A DNA stretch of 64,000 nt from assembly GCA_036803865.1 (NCBI GenBank), contig DAIRTN010000004.1:67604-131603 (forward strand), in the 5' to 3' direction. Origin of the DNA: Luminiphilus sp. (GTDB taxonomy: Bacteria; Pseudomonadota; Gammaproteobacteria; Pseudomonadales; Halieaceae). Shown piece after piece: positions 34,002 through 42,429 of this stretch. Within the stretch, counting starts at the first letter, position 1. Every line of letters starts with the position of its first letter. Both the position numbers and the translations under genes were made by a program. Under the pieces are notes generated by a model that worked only from the letters and a program-made list of their open reading frames with translations, did not search any database and had not been told where the DNA came from.

Positions 34002-34468
34002 CAGTGAGGCACTGCCTTCAAATGCCTTCACCACTCGGGCAGCTGACGCTCTGTTCCTCTGCTGAGGCCTTAACCGAGGTGCGCTGGTCTGAGTCCAAGA
34101 CTGAGGCTGACAAGAGCACAGACAATGCTCTTTTGATCGAAGCCGCAAAGCAGCTAAACGCGTTTTTTTTGGGCACGCTGAAAGACTTTGATCTTCCTCT
34201 TGCCCCTAAAGGAACCGTTTTTCAACAGCGGGTCTGGGAGGCGCTTTCAACGCAGGAGTTTGGCACTTTCACCACCTATGGGGATTTGGCTAAACGTACT
34301 GGCAACCCAAAGGCCGCCCGCGCAGTTGGCGGCGCGGTTGGGGCTAACCCATTACCCATTATTATCCCCTGCCATCGCGTGCTTGGCGCCGGTGGCGCAA
34401 TTGGCGGATTCAATGGGGGATTAGCGAGAAAACTCGCGCTGCTTGCGATCGAGGGAATTGGGGAATAA
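33998..34468 (+). CDS. ogt: Methylated-DNA--protein-cysteine methyltransferase
   Basis: 156 aa with the active-site motif IIIPCHRVLG. Its ATG overlaps the antiporter stop (ATGA). Confidence 0.9.
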   Translation: MTVRHCLQMPSPLGQLTLCSSAEALTEVRWSESKTEADKSTDNALLIEAAKQLNAFFLGTLKDFDLPLAPKGTVFQQRVWEALSTQEFGTFTTYGDLAKRTGNPKAARAVGGAVGANPLPIIIPCHRVLGAGGAIGGFNGGLARKLALLAIEGIGE

Positions 34469-34471
34469 AAG

Positions 34472-34699
34472 TTAAGCGTTTATGTCTGGAACCATCTCGT
34501 CTTTCAATCGCGCTATGGCATCTTTCGTACGCAATTTTTCTTTCTTGAGACGCTGGATCAAAAGCTGATTTTGGTAAGACTGACCCTGCAATTCCATGAT
34601 CTTTGCATCCAACGCCTGATGGCGCGACTGAAGAGTCATTAGGCGCATAGCGGGGGTCATCTCGTCATTTGCTGCGCCCTCACCCATGCTTGTTGTCAT
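34472..34699 (-). CDS. DUF465 / YdcH-like small coiled-coil protein
   Basis: 75 aa. The C-terminal LKKEKLRTKDAIARLKDEM resembles the YdcH-family KK.KL.LKDE motif. Confidence 0.6.
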   Translation of the reverse strand: MTTSMGEGAANDEMTPAMRLMTLQSRHQALDAKIMELQGQSYQNQLLIQRLKKEKLRTKDAIARLKDEMVPDINA

Positions 34700-34762
34700 C
34701 CTAAATACCTCTTCTATCCGCTACGCGGACGTTAACTGTATGCCTGATTGCTGACAAGGCGC

Positions 34763-35638
34763 TTAATCTGGATACAGCATTTCCACCCACGCTAAACTAC
34801 TATCCGCTCCCGCTACGAAACGGTTAACCAGTAACGTGTCACGGACGTTATACGCCATAGGCTCGCCTTTAGCATTCCACACAAATCCTCCCGCAGCAGT
34901 AACGATTGCGTCTCCTGCAGCAACATCCCATTCATAACAAGGAGAGGTCCGAGGATAAATATCAGCTTCGCCGTCCACGAGCTTACAAAACTTGATGGCG
35001 CTGCCTGCATTGACTCGCTCAGTACCCTCGCATAATTCATTGAGTTGACTCATAACTTTCGCCACTTTCTCTTCACTATGCCGCACACTAGCCAGAACAC
35101 CGAGGGGCGATTGGTAGTCGAGTTGACGCACGCGCAGCGGCGTACAGAGCTCCGGCGTGCAGCGCCAGGCACCTACGCCAGGCAAGCCGATGTACAGTTC
35201 GTTAGTTACCGGAACCTGTATGAAACCTAGCACGGCTCGCTGCTCGTGTATCAAAGCAATATTGATCGTAAACGCGTCGGTACGGCTAATAAATTCTCGG
35301 GTCCCATCAAGCGGATCAACAAGCCAGCAATTCGACCACTGATCACGATCGGCTACGAAGGATTCTGGCGACTCTTCGGAAAGCACGGGTATGTCGGGGT
35401 TTAGCGCCAAAAGGCCAGCACAAAGAATATCATGAGCAGCTCTGTCGGCTGCCGTAATCGGGCTGCTGTCAGCTTTCCGATCAACAAGGACACCGTCGAC
35501 ACTGTTATAATGTTGCAAAATCTGTTGGCTTGCAGTTGTTAGTAAATCTGCCACTCGTCCAACGGTGCTCGCGGGCAACTGCAACGCAGCACACAATTGG
35601 GGAGGCAGTTGGGTATCGATTGGATAGCTATAAGTCAT
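34763..35638 (-). CDS. cysQ: 3'(2'),5'-bisphosphate nucleotidase CysQ (inositol monophosphatase family)
   Basis: It carries VLSEES, WLVDPLDGTREF and WDVAAGDAI motifs. The start is set at the second Met (35638). The tracked ORF extends to 35680, and the true start is uncertain. Confidence 0.85.
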   Translation of the reverse strand: MTYSYPIDTQLPPQLCAALQLPASTVGRVADLLTTASQQILQHYNSVDGVLVDRKADSSPITAADRAAHDILCAGLLALNPDIPVLSEESPESFVADRDQWSNCWLVDPLDGTREFISRTDAFTINIALIHEQRAVLGFIQVPVTNELYIGLPGVGAWRCTPELCTPLRVRQLDYQSPLGVLASVRHSEEKVAKVMSQLNELCEGTERVNAGSAIKFCKLVDGEADIYPRTSPCYEWDVAAGDAIVTAAGGFVWNAKGEPMAYNVRDTLLVNRFVAGADSSLAWVEMLYPD

Positions 35639-35658
35639 ACGGCAAGGATACCACTGAC

Positions 35659-36363
35659 GTGACACTGAAAATTGAGTCAAATTGCCTTTCTGTTACCGCT
35701 GTTAACTGGCAAGCGATCGACACCGTGCTTCTCGACATGGACGGTACATTACTCGACCTACAATTCGACAACGAATTTTGGCTACGCACCATACCTAATG
35801 AATATGCGCGCAGGCAGAAAATCACAGTTGAGGCTGCCCGAGCGTATCTCGAGCCCATCTTTATTGGAGAGGCGGGCAAACTCAACTGGTACTGCCTAGA
35901 TTTTTGGAGTCGAACGCTCGGCTTTAATGTAGTGACGTTGAAAGAACAGGTCTCACACGGCATCAACTGGCGGCCAGAGGCACGCGCGTTTTTAGATCGC
36001 CTTAAAGCCAGCCACTGTGATGTGGTACTCATTACTAACGCCCATCCAGAAACCCTCAGAGTAAAGCTTGAGCGGGTTAACCTCACTCCGTGGTTTGATC
36101 AGATCTATTCTTCTCATGAATTCGGAGAGCCCAAGGAATCACAGCTCTTTTGGGAAAGGCTACAAAGCGCGCGCCCATTTGCTCCAGACCGATCACTTTT
36201 TATCGATGACTCCGAGTCGGTACTTGCATCAGCAGAGCACTTCGGGATTAAGCATTTAATTACACTCAGGCAGCCCGATAGCCAAGGACCCATACGGCGG
36301 GTTACTCAATACCCCGCCATATTGCATTTTGATGAGATTTATCACGGACTGGCTGACTCATGA
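35659..36363 (+). CDS. HAD-superfamily nucleotidase (YrfG-like GMP/IMP nucleotidase)
   Basis: AIDTVLLDMDGTLLDLQFDNEFW closely parallels the E. coli YrfG N-terminus, and it lies upstream of hslR as in E. coli. The start is set at the GTG at 35659, the nearest in-frame start codon upstream of the DMDG motif. The tracked 277-aa ORF start lies antisense inside cysQ. Confidence 0.8.
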   Translation: MTLKIESNCLSVTAVNWQAIDTVLLDMDGTLLDLQFDNEFWLRTIPNEYARRQKITVEAARAYLEPIFIGEAGKLNWYCLDFWSRTLGFNVVTLKEQVSHGINWRPEARAFLDRLKASHCDVVLITNAHPETLRVKLERVNLTPWFDQIYSSHEFGEPKESQLFWERLQSARPFAPDRSLFIDDSESVLASAEHFGIKHLITLRQPDSQGPIRRVTQYPAILHFDEIYHGLADS

Positions 36364-36767
36364 GTAACACCCAAGCTCAAGAATTGCAGCGCCTTCGTGT
36401 TGATAAATGGCTCTGGGCAGCACGTTTTTTCAAAACACGCTCACTTGCCAAAACGGCCATCGAGGGTGGTAAGGTTCAACTTGACGGTCAGCGCGTTAAA
36501 GTTTCCAAAGAAATTAGCGTGGGCGACTGCCTAATCATTCGCCAAGGGTGGGACGAGAAGGAAGTTGTCGTTGAACAGCTGAGTGACCGCAGAGGCGGTG
36601 CCCCAGCAGCACAAACCTTATATCGCGAGACCGAACGAAGTTTGGCGAAGCGGCAAAGAGAGGTCGACGCACGAAAAGCCGCCGGATCCCTTGCGCGTCC
36701 GGCACATAGACCCGACAAGCATGATCGACGGCGCCTTACGCGATTGCGCAGGCATCTGGAGGATTAA
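36360..36767 (+). CDS. hslR: Ribosome-associated heat shock protein Hsp15 (S4 domain)
   Basis: 135 aa with RVDKWLWAARFFKTRSLAKTAIEGGKVQLDGQRVK. Its ATG overlaps the stop of the preceding gene. Confidence 0.9.
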   Translation: MSNTQAQELQRLRVDKWLWAARFFKTRSLAKTAIEGGKVQLDGQRVKVSKEISVGDCLIIRQGWDEKEVVVEQLSDRRGGAPAAQTLYRETERSLAKRQREVDARKAAGSLARPAHRPDKHDRRRLTRLRRHLED

Positions 36768-37978
36768 GGCGCATAAGGCGATAGCGTGGCTCGATTACGG
36801 CCATTATTCTTGCTGCTATAAAGTGCTTTATCGGCAGCTTCTATAATATCGGCAGCCTCGGTACTCAGTTGAGGCACGCACGACACCAGACCCTGGCTTA
36901 CCGTTAAAATGTCTGCAACCGGCGAAGTCCGATGTTGAATCGCGGCCTCAGCTAGCCGCCCTTGAACTACCTCTGCGATATTCATAACGTCGCGCTGGGT
37001 TGACCCCGGCAAAATCAGCATAAATTCTTCACCGCCCATTCGCACCGCCAATTCGCCCGCGCGAGAGGTAACCGATAAGAGCACTTCGGCAACTTTCTCC
37101 AGCACCCTATCTCCCGCCGGATGGCCATAGGTGTCGTTGTAAAGTTTAAAGTGGTCTACATCGAGCATTAGGATGCCTAGGGGCGTCCCTGCCCGCTTGG
37201 CGCGGCCTATCTCTGCATCAAATACTTGTTTAGCGCCCCGGCGGTTACGCAAGCCTGTCAACTCATCGATAATCGCGAGATCTTCAAGTTGCTTGCGTGC
37301 CGCTTCCAATTGCGCATTACGCTCACTCATTTTCCTCGACAAGTTGGCGAGATCATCCGCCATTGCCGCGCGCTCTAAATTCGCTACTACCAGTTGGCTA
37401 ATGGACCGGCTCATCCAGCCACTCGCCAAACTCATCGTTAAGGATAACCCCGCCAGTAATATAACCATAACAAGGTTGAAAGCGCGCTCATCGTAATGCC
37501 AGCCAAGCCATACTGCGATAGGCACATAGACAGAAAAAATCTGCGTCAGGTAAACCCCTTGGACCACAGCAGACACGGCGAGTATCGCCATGTAACAAAC
37601 GATCACGATCAATAGCGAGAGGTAAAAATATATATCGCTGAGAAAAGTATTAAACCAGAATACTGAAGCAACCCAGGAAAAGCCCAGAAGAAATCCGCCT
37701 ACAATTAGCTCCCAATAAACCCGAGAAGGCCGCTCATTACACCAGTCTCGATGTAAAACTGAACCGAGACGCACCGAATAATTAAGCGCTAATAAAAACA
37801 TCCCAGCGGCCCAAGAGAGTAAGACCGTGTTGTGAGCTGCTTGAAACCACAGCAATACTAAAACCGAAGCTATACTTGCGGCCTGAATCCCTACCACGGC
37901 GTATCGGCTATGTTGGAGCTGAAACTCTAACTGGTTGGAGAGAACTTTAAGCTCTGTGATATTTTGTTGATATAGCAT
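36764..37978 (-). CDS. Membrane-anchored diguanylate cyclase (GGDEF domain)
   Basis: 404 aa with about 6 N-terminal TM segments and a coiled-coil linker. The C-terminal domain carries RMGGEEFML. There is no RxxD I-site 5 residues upstream. Confidence 0.88.
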   Translation of the reverse strand: MLYQQNITELKVLSNQLEFQLQHSRYAVVGIQAASIASVLVLLWFQAAHNTVLLSWAAGMFLLALNYSVRLGSVLHRDWCNERPSRVYWELIVGGFLLGFSWVASVFWFNTFLSDIYFYLSLLIVIVCYMAILAVSAVVQGVYLTQIFSVYVPIAVWLGWHYDERAFNLVMVILLAGLSLTMSLASGWMSRSISQLVVANLERAAMADDLANLSRKMSERNAQLEAARKQLEDLAIIDELTGLRNRRGAKQVFDAEIGRAKRAGTPLGILMLDVDHFKLYNDTYGHPAGDRVLEKVAEVLLSVTSRAGELAVRMGGEEFMLILPGSTQRDVMNIAEVVQGRLAEAAIQHRTSPVADILTVSQGLVSCVPQLSTEAADIIEAADKALYSSKNNGRNRATLSPYAP

Positions 37979-38103
37979 AGGCTCACTCTACCGCAAACCG
38001 GCGTAGTTCGTGGTAAAAAGAGTATCGCTTTTTATGGAAGTTAAATCGAGACTCCGCCGAAAGCCTATTTTTGAGATGTAGATCACACTGTTGAGTTAAG
38101 ACT

Positions 38104-38811
38104 TTGGGGCAAAAGACAGGACGCAGGGGGAATCCATGGGGCATCGGGGCTGCGATTCTTGTCACGCTGCCTCTGCTAGTAACAGCGGCAAAATACACAC
38201 ATACACAAGCCCAAAAGCGTGAAACCATGAGCTGCGAGCAGCTCGCGATGGCACTAGAAGCTCGCGACAATCAAAGTGTCATTAGCCCCGGCTCCGTCAT
38301 GCTGATGGGAGGATCTCGAATAGCAGACTGGCCAAGCACGCCCGAAACGCTCGCTAACCACCCCGTCCTAGCCCGCAGCTTACCAAACTTGCGACTCAGT
38401 ACAGTAGCCGAATGCTTTGACCGCGCGATCGCTCACTATCGACCACATGTCGTTCTATTTTGGCTCGAGGATCGCGCGCTGGACGAGCCTATTGACGTTA
38501 TCGCCAGCGCGCTGGAAAACATCCAAGAGCGTGCAGATTACTACGGTGTTTTACCAACTTTCGCTGTTGTCCTACCCATCCCATCACCTGCGCTAACTGG
38601 CAAGTCGCAGGCTCAAACTCGCTTTTATAATCAGCTAAACGCCCTAACCCAGAGCAGCTCGAGCGTGCGAATCATCGACCTGTCACCCGTATTCGGTAAC
38701 GACTACAGGAATCTAGAACGGCATCTTTTCTGGCCCGACGGGACGCGCATAAATGAAGAAGGTTATAAAAGAGTAGCAGCACGTCTCGAGGTCTTACTGA
38801 GCGATTTTTAA
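38104..38811 (+). CDS. Secreted or membrane-anchored SGNH/GDSL-like protein (catalytic motifs degenerate)
   Basis: 235 aa from a TTG start. It has an N-terminal signal/anchor (KTGRRGNPWGIGAAILVTLPLLVTAA). Block I-like VMLMGGSRIADW and block V-like WPDGTRINEEGY are present. Confidence 0.5.
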   Translation: MGQKTGRRGNPWGIGAAILVTLPLLVTAAKYTHTQAQKRETMSCEQLAMALEARDNQSVISPGSVMLMGGSRIADWPSTPETLANHPVLARSLPNLRLSTVAECFDRAIAHYRPHVVLFWLEDRALDEPIDVIASALENIQERADYYGVLPTFAVVLPIPSPALTGKSQAQTRFYNQLNALTQSSSSVRIIDLSPVFGNDYRNLERHLFWPDGTRINEEGYKRVAARLEVLLSDF

Positions 38812-38861
38812 AAAGCAAAGAGAGGCTCACGCTTGACGTTTGTTTGCGATATGATTCGCCC

Positions 38862-40781
38862 ATGGTGACACAATTCCCAACGAGCAATCCCTCGACACCC
38901 CTTCTCGATAACATCGATAAGGATCGACGCGTATTGGCCTCGCTGTCTGAACCTGACCTAGTATCACTCGCAGATGAAGTACGTCAGTTCCTTTTGTACA
39001 GCGTCGCCAATACTGGCGGGCACTTTGGTGCGGGACTTGGGGTCGTAGAGCTCACCGTGGCTCTTCATCATGTCCTGAACACACCTGAGGACAGAATAGT
39101 ATGGGATGTGGGCCATCAGACGTATCCGCATAAAATCCTCACTGGTCGCCGAGAAAAAATGGGCAGCATTCGCCAGCAGAGCGGGCTATCTGGCTTCCCA
39201 AAGCGCAGTGAAAGTGAGTTCGACACTTTCGGCGTTGGACATTCCTCGACAAGCATTTCTGCTGCAATGGGCATGGCAATCGCAGCTGAGAAGATGGGCT
39301 ACGATCGCAAGGCAGTCGCAGTCATTGGCGATGGCGCGATAACGGGTGGCATGGCCTTTGAGGCGCTCGCTCACGCCGGCCATGTGCGGCCCAACCTTTT
39401 AGTGATACTCAACGACAACCAAATGTCTATTGGTCACAACACGGGTGGGCTTGCGACCTACTTCGCCAAGATTTGGGCAAGTCCAACTTACATAGCGTTT
39501 AGAGAGGGCTCTAAACGAATTCTTGAACACGTACGCACAGCGTGGGAAGTAGCCAAGAAAACCGAGGAACAGTGGAAAAGCTTAGTGGCTCCAGGGATGC
39601 TTTTTGAAGAGCTCGGCTTTAACTATGTAGGACCCATTGACGGCCATGATTTACCGCAGTTAGTCCACACTCTTAAAGCGATGGTTGACTTAAAAGGACC
39701 GCAGCTTCTCCACATCCGCACGGTGAAGGGCAAAGGCTTCGCACCAGCCGAAGCAGACCCCGTTGGCTTTCACGCCATTAATAAAATTGAGACAACAAGC
39801 ACCGCTGCGAGTAATGACCTGACTGAAAAGCCTGCCCCACCAAAATATCAAGATGTATTCGGACGCTGGCTCTGCGATGTAGCCTCTGTTGATCCCAAAT
39901 TAGTCGCCATTACACCCGCCATGTGTGAAGGCTCCGGCATGGTCAATTTCGCTCAACAGTTCCCTGATCGTTTTTATGACGTCGCTATTGCGGAGCAGCA
40001 CGCGGTGACGTTTGCGGCGGGTTTAGCATGCGATGACATGAAACCGGTCGTCGCCATTTATTCCACTTTTTTACAGCGCGCCTATGACCAGTTAATTCAT
40101 GACGTAGCGATTCAAAACCTCGACGTGACGTTTGCGCTGGACCGTGCGGGCTTGGTTGGGCAGGACGGGTCTACCCATCACGGTGTATTTGACCTGAGCT
40201 ATCTGCGCTGCGTACCGAACATGATCATCGCCTGTCCATCTGACGAAAATGAGTGCCGGCAATTACTTTATACCGCCTATCAATATTCCGGACCGGCGGC
40301 GGTTCGTTATCCCCGCGGCAACGGCACAGGCGCACTCATTGAAGAGCAGATGCGGACGTTAGACATTGGTAAGGCCGTGCCTTTGCGATCTGGCTCAGGT
40401 ACAGCGATCCTCAATTTTGGCGTGCTGTTAGAAGAGGCGCGTGAAGCGGCAGCGCAGTTGGACGCCACCTTAGTTGACATGCGCTGGGCTAAACCGTTGG
40501 ACGAATCAATGATTGCTGACATTGCGCGCAGTCATCAGCGCATTGTTACCGTTGAGGAAAACGCTCTAGCCGGTGGTGCGGGCAGTGGCGTCGCTGAGTA
40601 CCTAGCCTGCGCCGGCATACAGTGCGACGTGAAACATATAGCCATTCCTGATCGTTGGATTGACCACGCAAGCCAGCAACAGAATCGTGAAGCGGCGGGT
40701 CTAACGGTAGATGCTATCGTGGAAGCAGGTACGCTATTGAATTCGACGGTTAGCATCGCGCAAACAGCGCCTGTGCGCTGA
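38862..40781 (+). CDS. dxs: 1-deoxy-D-xylulose-5-phosphate synthase
   Basis: It carries GHFGAGLGVVELTVALHHV, WDVGHQTYPHKILTGRR and VIGDGAITGGMAFEAL. The first ATG is at 38862. The tracked ORF begins at a TTG at 38844, and the start is uncertain. Confidence 0.95.
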   Translation: MVTQFPTSNPSTPLLDNIDKDRRVLASLSEPDLVSLADEVRQFLLYSVANTGGHFGAGLGVVELTVALHHVLNTPEDRIVWDVGHQTYPHKILTGRREKMGSIRQQSGLSGFPKRSESEFDTFGVGHSSTSISAAMGMAIAAEKMGYDRKAVAVIGDGAITGGMAFEALAHAGHVRPNLLVILNDNQMSIGHNTGGLATYFAKIWASPTYIAFREGSKRILEHVRTAWEVAKKTEEQWKSLVAPGMLFEELGFNYVGPIDGHDLPQLVHTLKAMVDLKGPQLLHIRTVKGKGFAPAEADPVGFHAINKIETTSTAASNDLTEKPAPPKYQDVFGRWLCDVASVDPKLVAITPAMCEGSGMVNFAQQFPDRFYDVAIAEQHAVTFAAGLACDDMKPVVAIYSTFLQRAYDQLIHDVAIQNLDVTFALDRAGLVGQDGSTHHGVFDLSYLRCVPNMIIACPSDENECRQLLYTAYQYSGPAAVRYPRGNGTGALIEEQMRTLDIGKAVPLRSGSGTAILNFGVLLEEAREAAAQLDATLVDMRWAKPLDESMIADIARSHQRIVTVEENALAGGAGSGVAEYLACAGIQCDVKHIAIPDRWIDHASQQQNREAAGLTVDAIVEAGTLLNSTVSIAQTAPVR

Positions 40782-40808
40782 GTACCTTTCGCTCTCGGAG
40801 TAAATACT

Positions 40809-41048
40809 GTGACAAAAACCAAGACCGCCGCTGAGGCTCACCCACAAGTGACCCTCAAAGAACAGATGGAGGAACTCGCCGCAATAGTTGATCGGCTAGA
40901 AAATCCTGAGGTGGCCCTGGAAGACTCTTTGTCGCTTTATGAAAAAGGTATGCAGCTGGTAAAAGCCGCAAGCCAATCGCTTGATGTAGCTGAGCAGCGC
41001 GTCGCCGTAGTATCAGAATCAGGCGAGGTTCAGGAACTCAGTTCGTGA
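40809..41048 (+). CDS. xseB: Exodeoxyribonuclease VII small subunit
   Basis: 79 aa from a GTG start, with a typical XseB helical hairpin (EELAAIVDRLENPEVALEDSLSLYEKGMQL). Confidence 0.88.
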   Translation: MTKTKTAAEAHPQVTLKEQMEELAAIVDRLENPEVALEDSLSLYEKGMQLVKAASQSLDVAEQRVAVVSESGEVQELSS

Positions 41049-41887
41049 CCGCTAGGGACCGCTACCCGCCCCCTAGAAGCTTGTCTCCGCAGTTAGAGCG
41101 CGCCATTCAATACGTCCTCGATAACTCAGGAAAGCGCTTGCGTTCTCGCCTGCTTTTGGAAACCTACCAGCTATTAGCTGAAAACCCCGAGCCGCGCATC
41201 ACTGACAGCACATCGGCCGCCATTGAGTGGCTCCATTGCTACTCGCTAATCCACGATGATTTACCCGCAATGGATGATGACGATCTGCGCCGTGGGAAAC
41301 CGACATTGCACAAAGCCTTTAATGAGGCCACAGCGATACTGGTAGGAGACGGTCTCCAGGCCAGTGCGTTTGAAATCATCGCCACCGACGAATGCCTTAG
41401 TCATACCCAGCGTAATGAGCTGATAGCCGTTGTGGCAAAAGCAGTGGGCTTTATGGGCATGGTCGGTGGACAAGCGCTCGATATGGAGGCGGAGAGCAAG
41501 GCCGTGGATGTCGACGTTTTACGCACTATTCATGCAGGCAAAACAGGTGCGTTGTTTAGGGCAGCGGTAAATGCAGGTGCCATTTGTGCCAACGCGACCC
41601 ATGAAGACCGTCAAAGACTGGATGATTTTGCCGCAGCCATTGGGCTGGCATTCCAAATCATGGATGACGTACTCGATGCCACCGCATCCAGCCAAGAGCT
41701 GGGTAAAACTGCAGGGAAGGACAGCGCGGCTGACAAGTCAACCTACGTCAGTTGCCTCGGGTTAGAGCAAGCGCATGAGGAAGCACAACATTTGTATGCC
41801 GCAGCCATTAACTGTTTGACGGTATACGGGGAGCGCAAAGCACCGCTGGTTGAACTCGCCTATCAAATGGTGAATCGACGAACATAA
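41045..41887 (+). CDS. ispA: Farnesyl diphosphate synthase
   Basis: 280 aa. Its GTG start overlaps the xseB stop (GTGA). It carries FARM IHDDLPAMDDDDLRRG and SARM FQIMDDVLD. Confidence 0.93.
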   Translation: MTARDRYPPPRSLSPQLERAIQYVLDNSGKRLRSRLLLETYQLLAENPEPRITDSTSAAIEWLHCYSLIHDDLPAMDDDDLRRGKPTLHKAFNEATAILVGDGLQASAFEIIATDECLSHTQRNELIAVVAKAVGFMGMVGGQALDMEAESKAVDVDVLRTIHAGKTGALFRAAVNAGAICANATHEDRQRLDDFAAAIGLAFQIMDDVLDATASSQELGKTAGKDSAADKSTYVSCLGLEQAHEEAQHLYAAAINCLTVYGERKAPLVELAYQMVNRRT

Positions 41888-41892
41888 ATAAG

Positions 41893-42429
41893 TCAGTACA
41901 GCGCCAGGCCTAAAATCACCACAACAATACCCGCCCAAATACCGGCGAAAACATCGTCGAGCATCACACCCCATCCGTTTTTACTGTGCACATCAAAATA
42001 GTCCGCAGGCCAAACTTTGACGATATCGAACAAACGAAACGCCACGAATCCGAAAAACAGCGCTTCAGGCAAGCTCAGGATGGCATCGCCCAGCAGATAA
42101 AAGGGTATTGCCACCGCAATTAGCTGGCCCACCACCTCGTCAATAACGATAGCGCCATGATCGACCTTACCCCACCTGCGGCCCGCCTCGGAAGCGCTCC
42201 AGACACCCAAGCCAAAAAGAAGCACGACCAGCGCAACAGTCCAAGGCAGCGGCAGCATATGAAGCACAGCGGCGACAAGTGGCAATGCCGCCAAGCTGCC
42301 CGCGGTGCCCGGTGCCACAGGCGCTAAACCCGAAAGAAACCACGATGCAATTAGCAGAGACGGCGACCGAATCACGCTTGCCGCTGATATTGCTTCCGCG
42401 GTCGCTGTAGGCTTATCGGAAGTGGTCAT
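41893..42429 (-). CDS. pgpA: Phosphatidylglycerophosphatase A
   Basis: 178-aa membrane protein with GTAGSLAALP and IVIDEVVG motifs, downstream of thiL. Confidence 0.88.
   Translation of the reverse strand: MTTSDKPTATAEAISAASVIRSPSLLIASWFLSGLAPVAPGTAGSLAALPLVAAVLHMLPLPWTVALVVLLFGLGVWSASEAGRRWGKVDHGAIVIDEVVGQLIAVAIPFYLLGDAILSLPEALFFGFVAFRLFDIVKVWPADYFDVHSKNGWGVMLDDVFAGIWAGIVVVILGLALY

Noticed and set aside
35638-35659. Only about 20 nt would separate the divergent cysQ and yrfG-like starts as I placed them.
   Set aside because: This is not a biological finding. Both starts are uncertain (several in-frame TTG/GTG options for cysQ, and no ATG for the HAD gene), so the apparent near-zero divergent spacer is probably an annotation ambiguity.
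37983-38270. 95-aa minus-strand ORF between the GGDEF gene and the SGNH-like gene.
   Set aside because: It overlaps the 5' end and signal-peptide region of the better-supported plus-strand gene and has no SD. Its composition (Cys/Ser/Arg-rich) looks non-coding.
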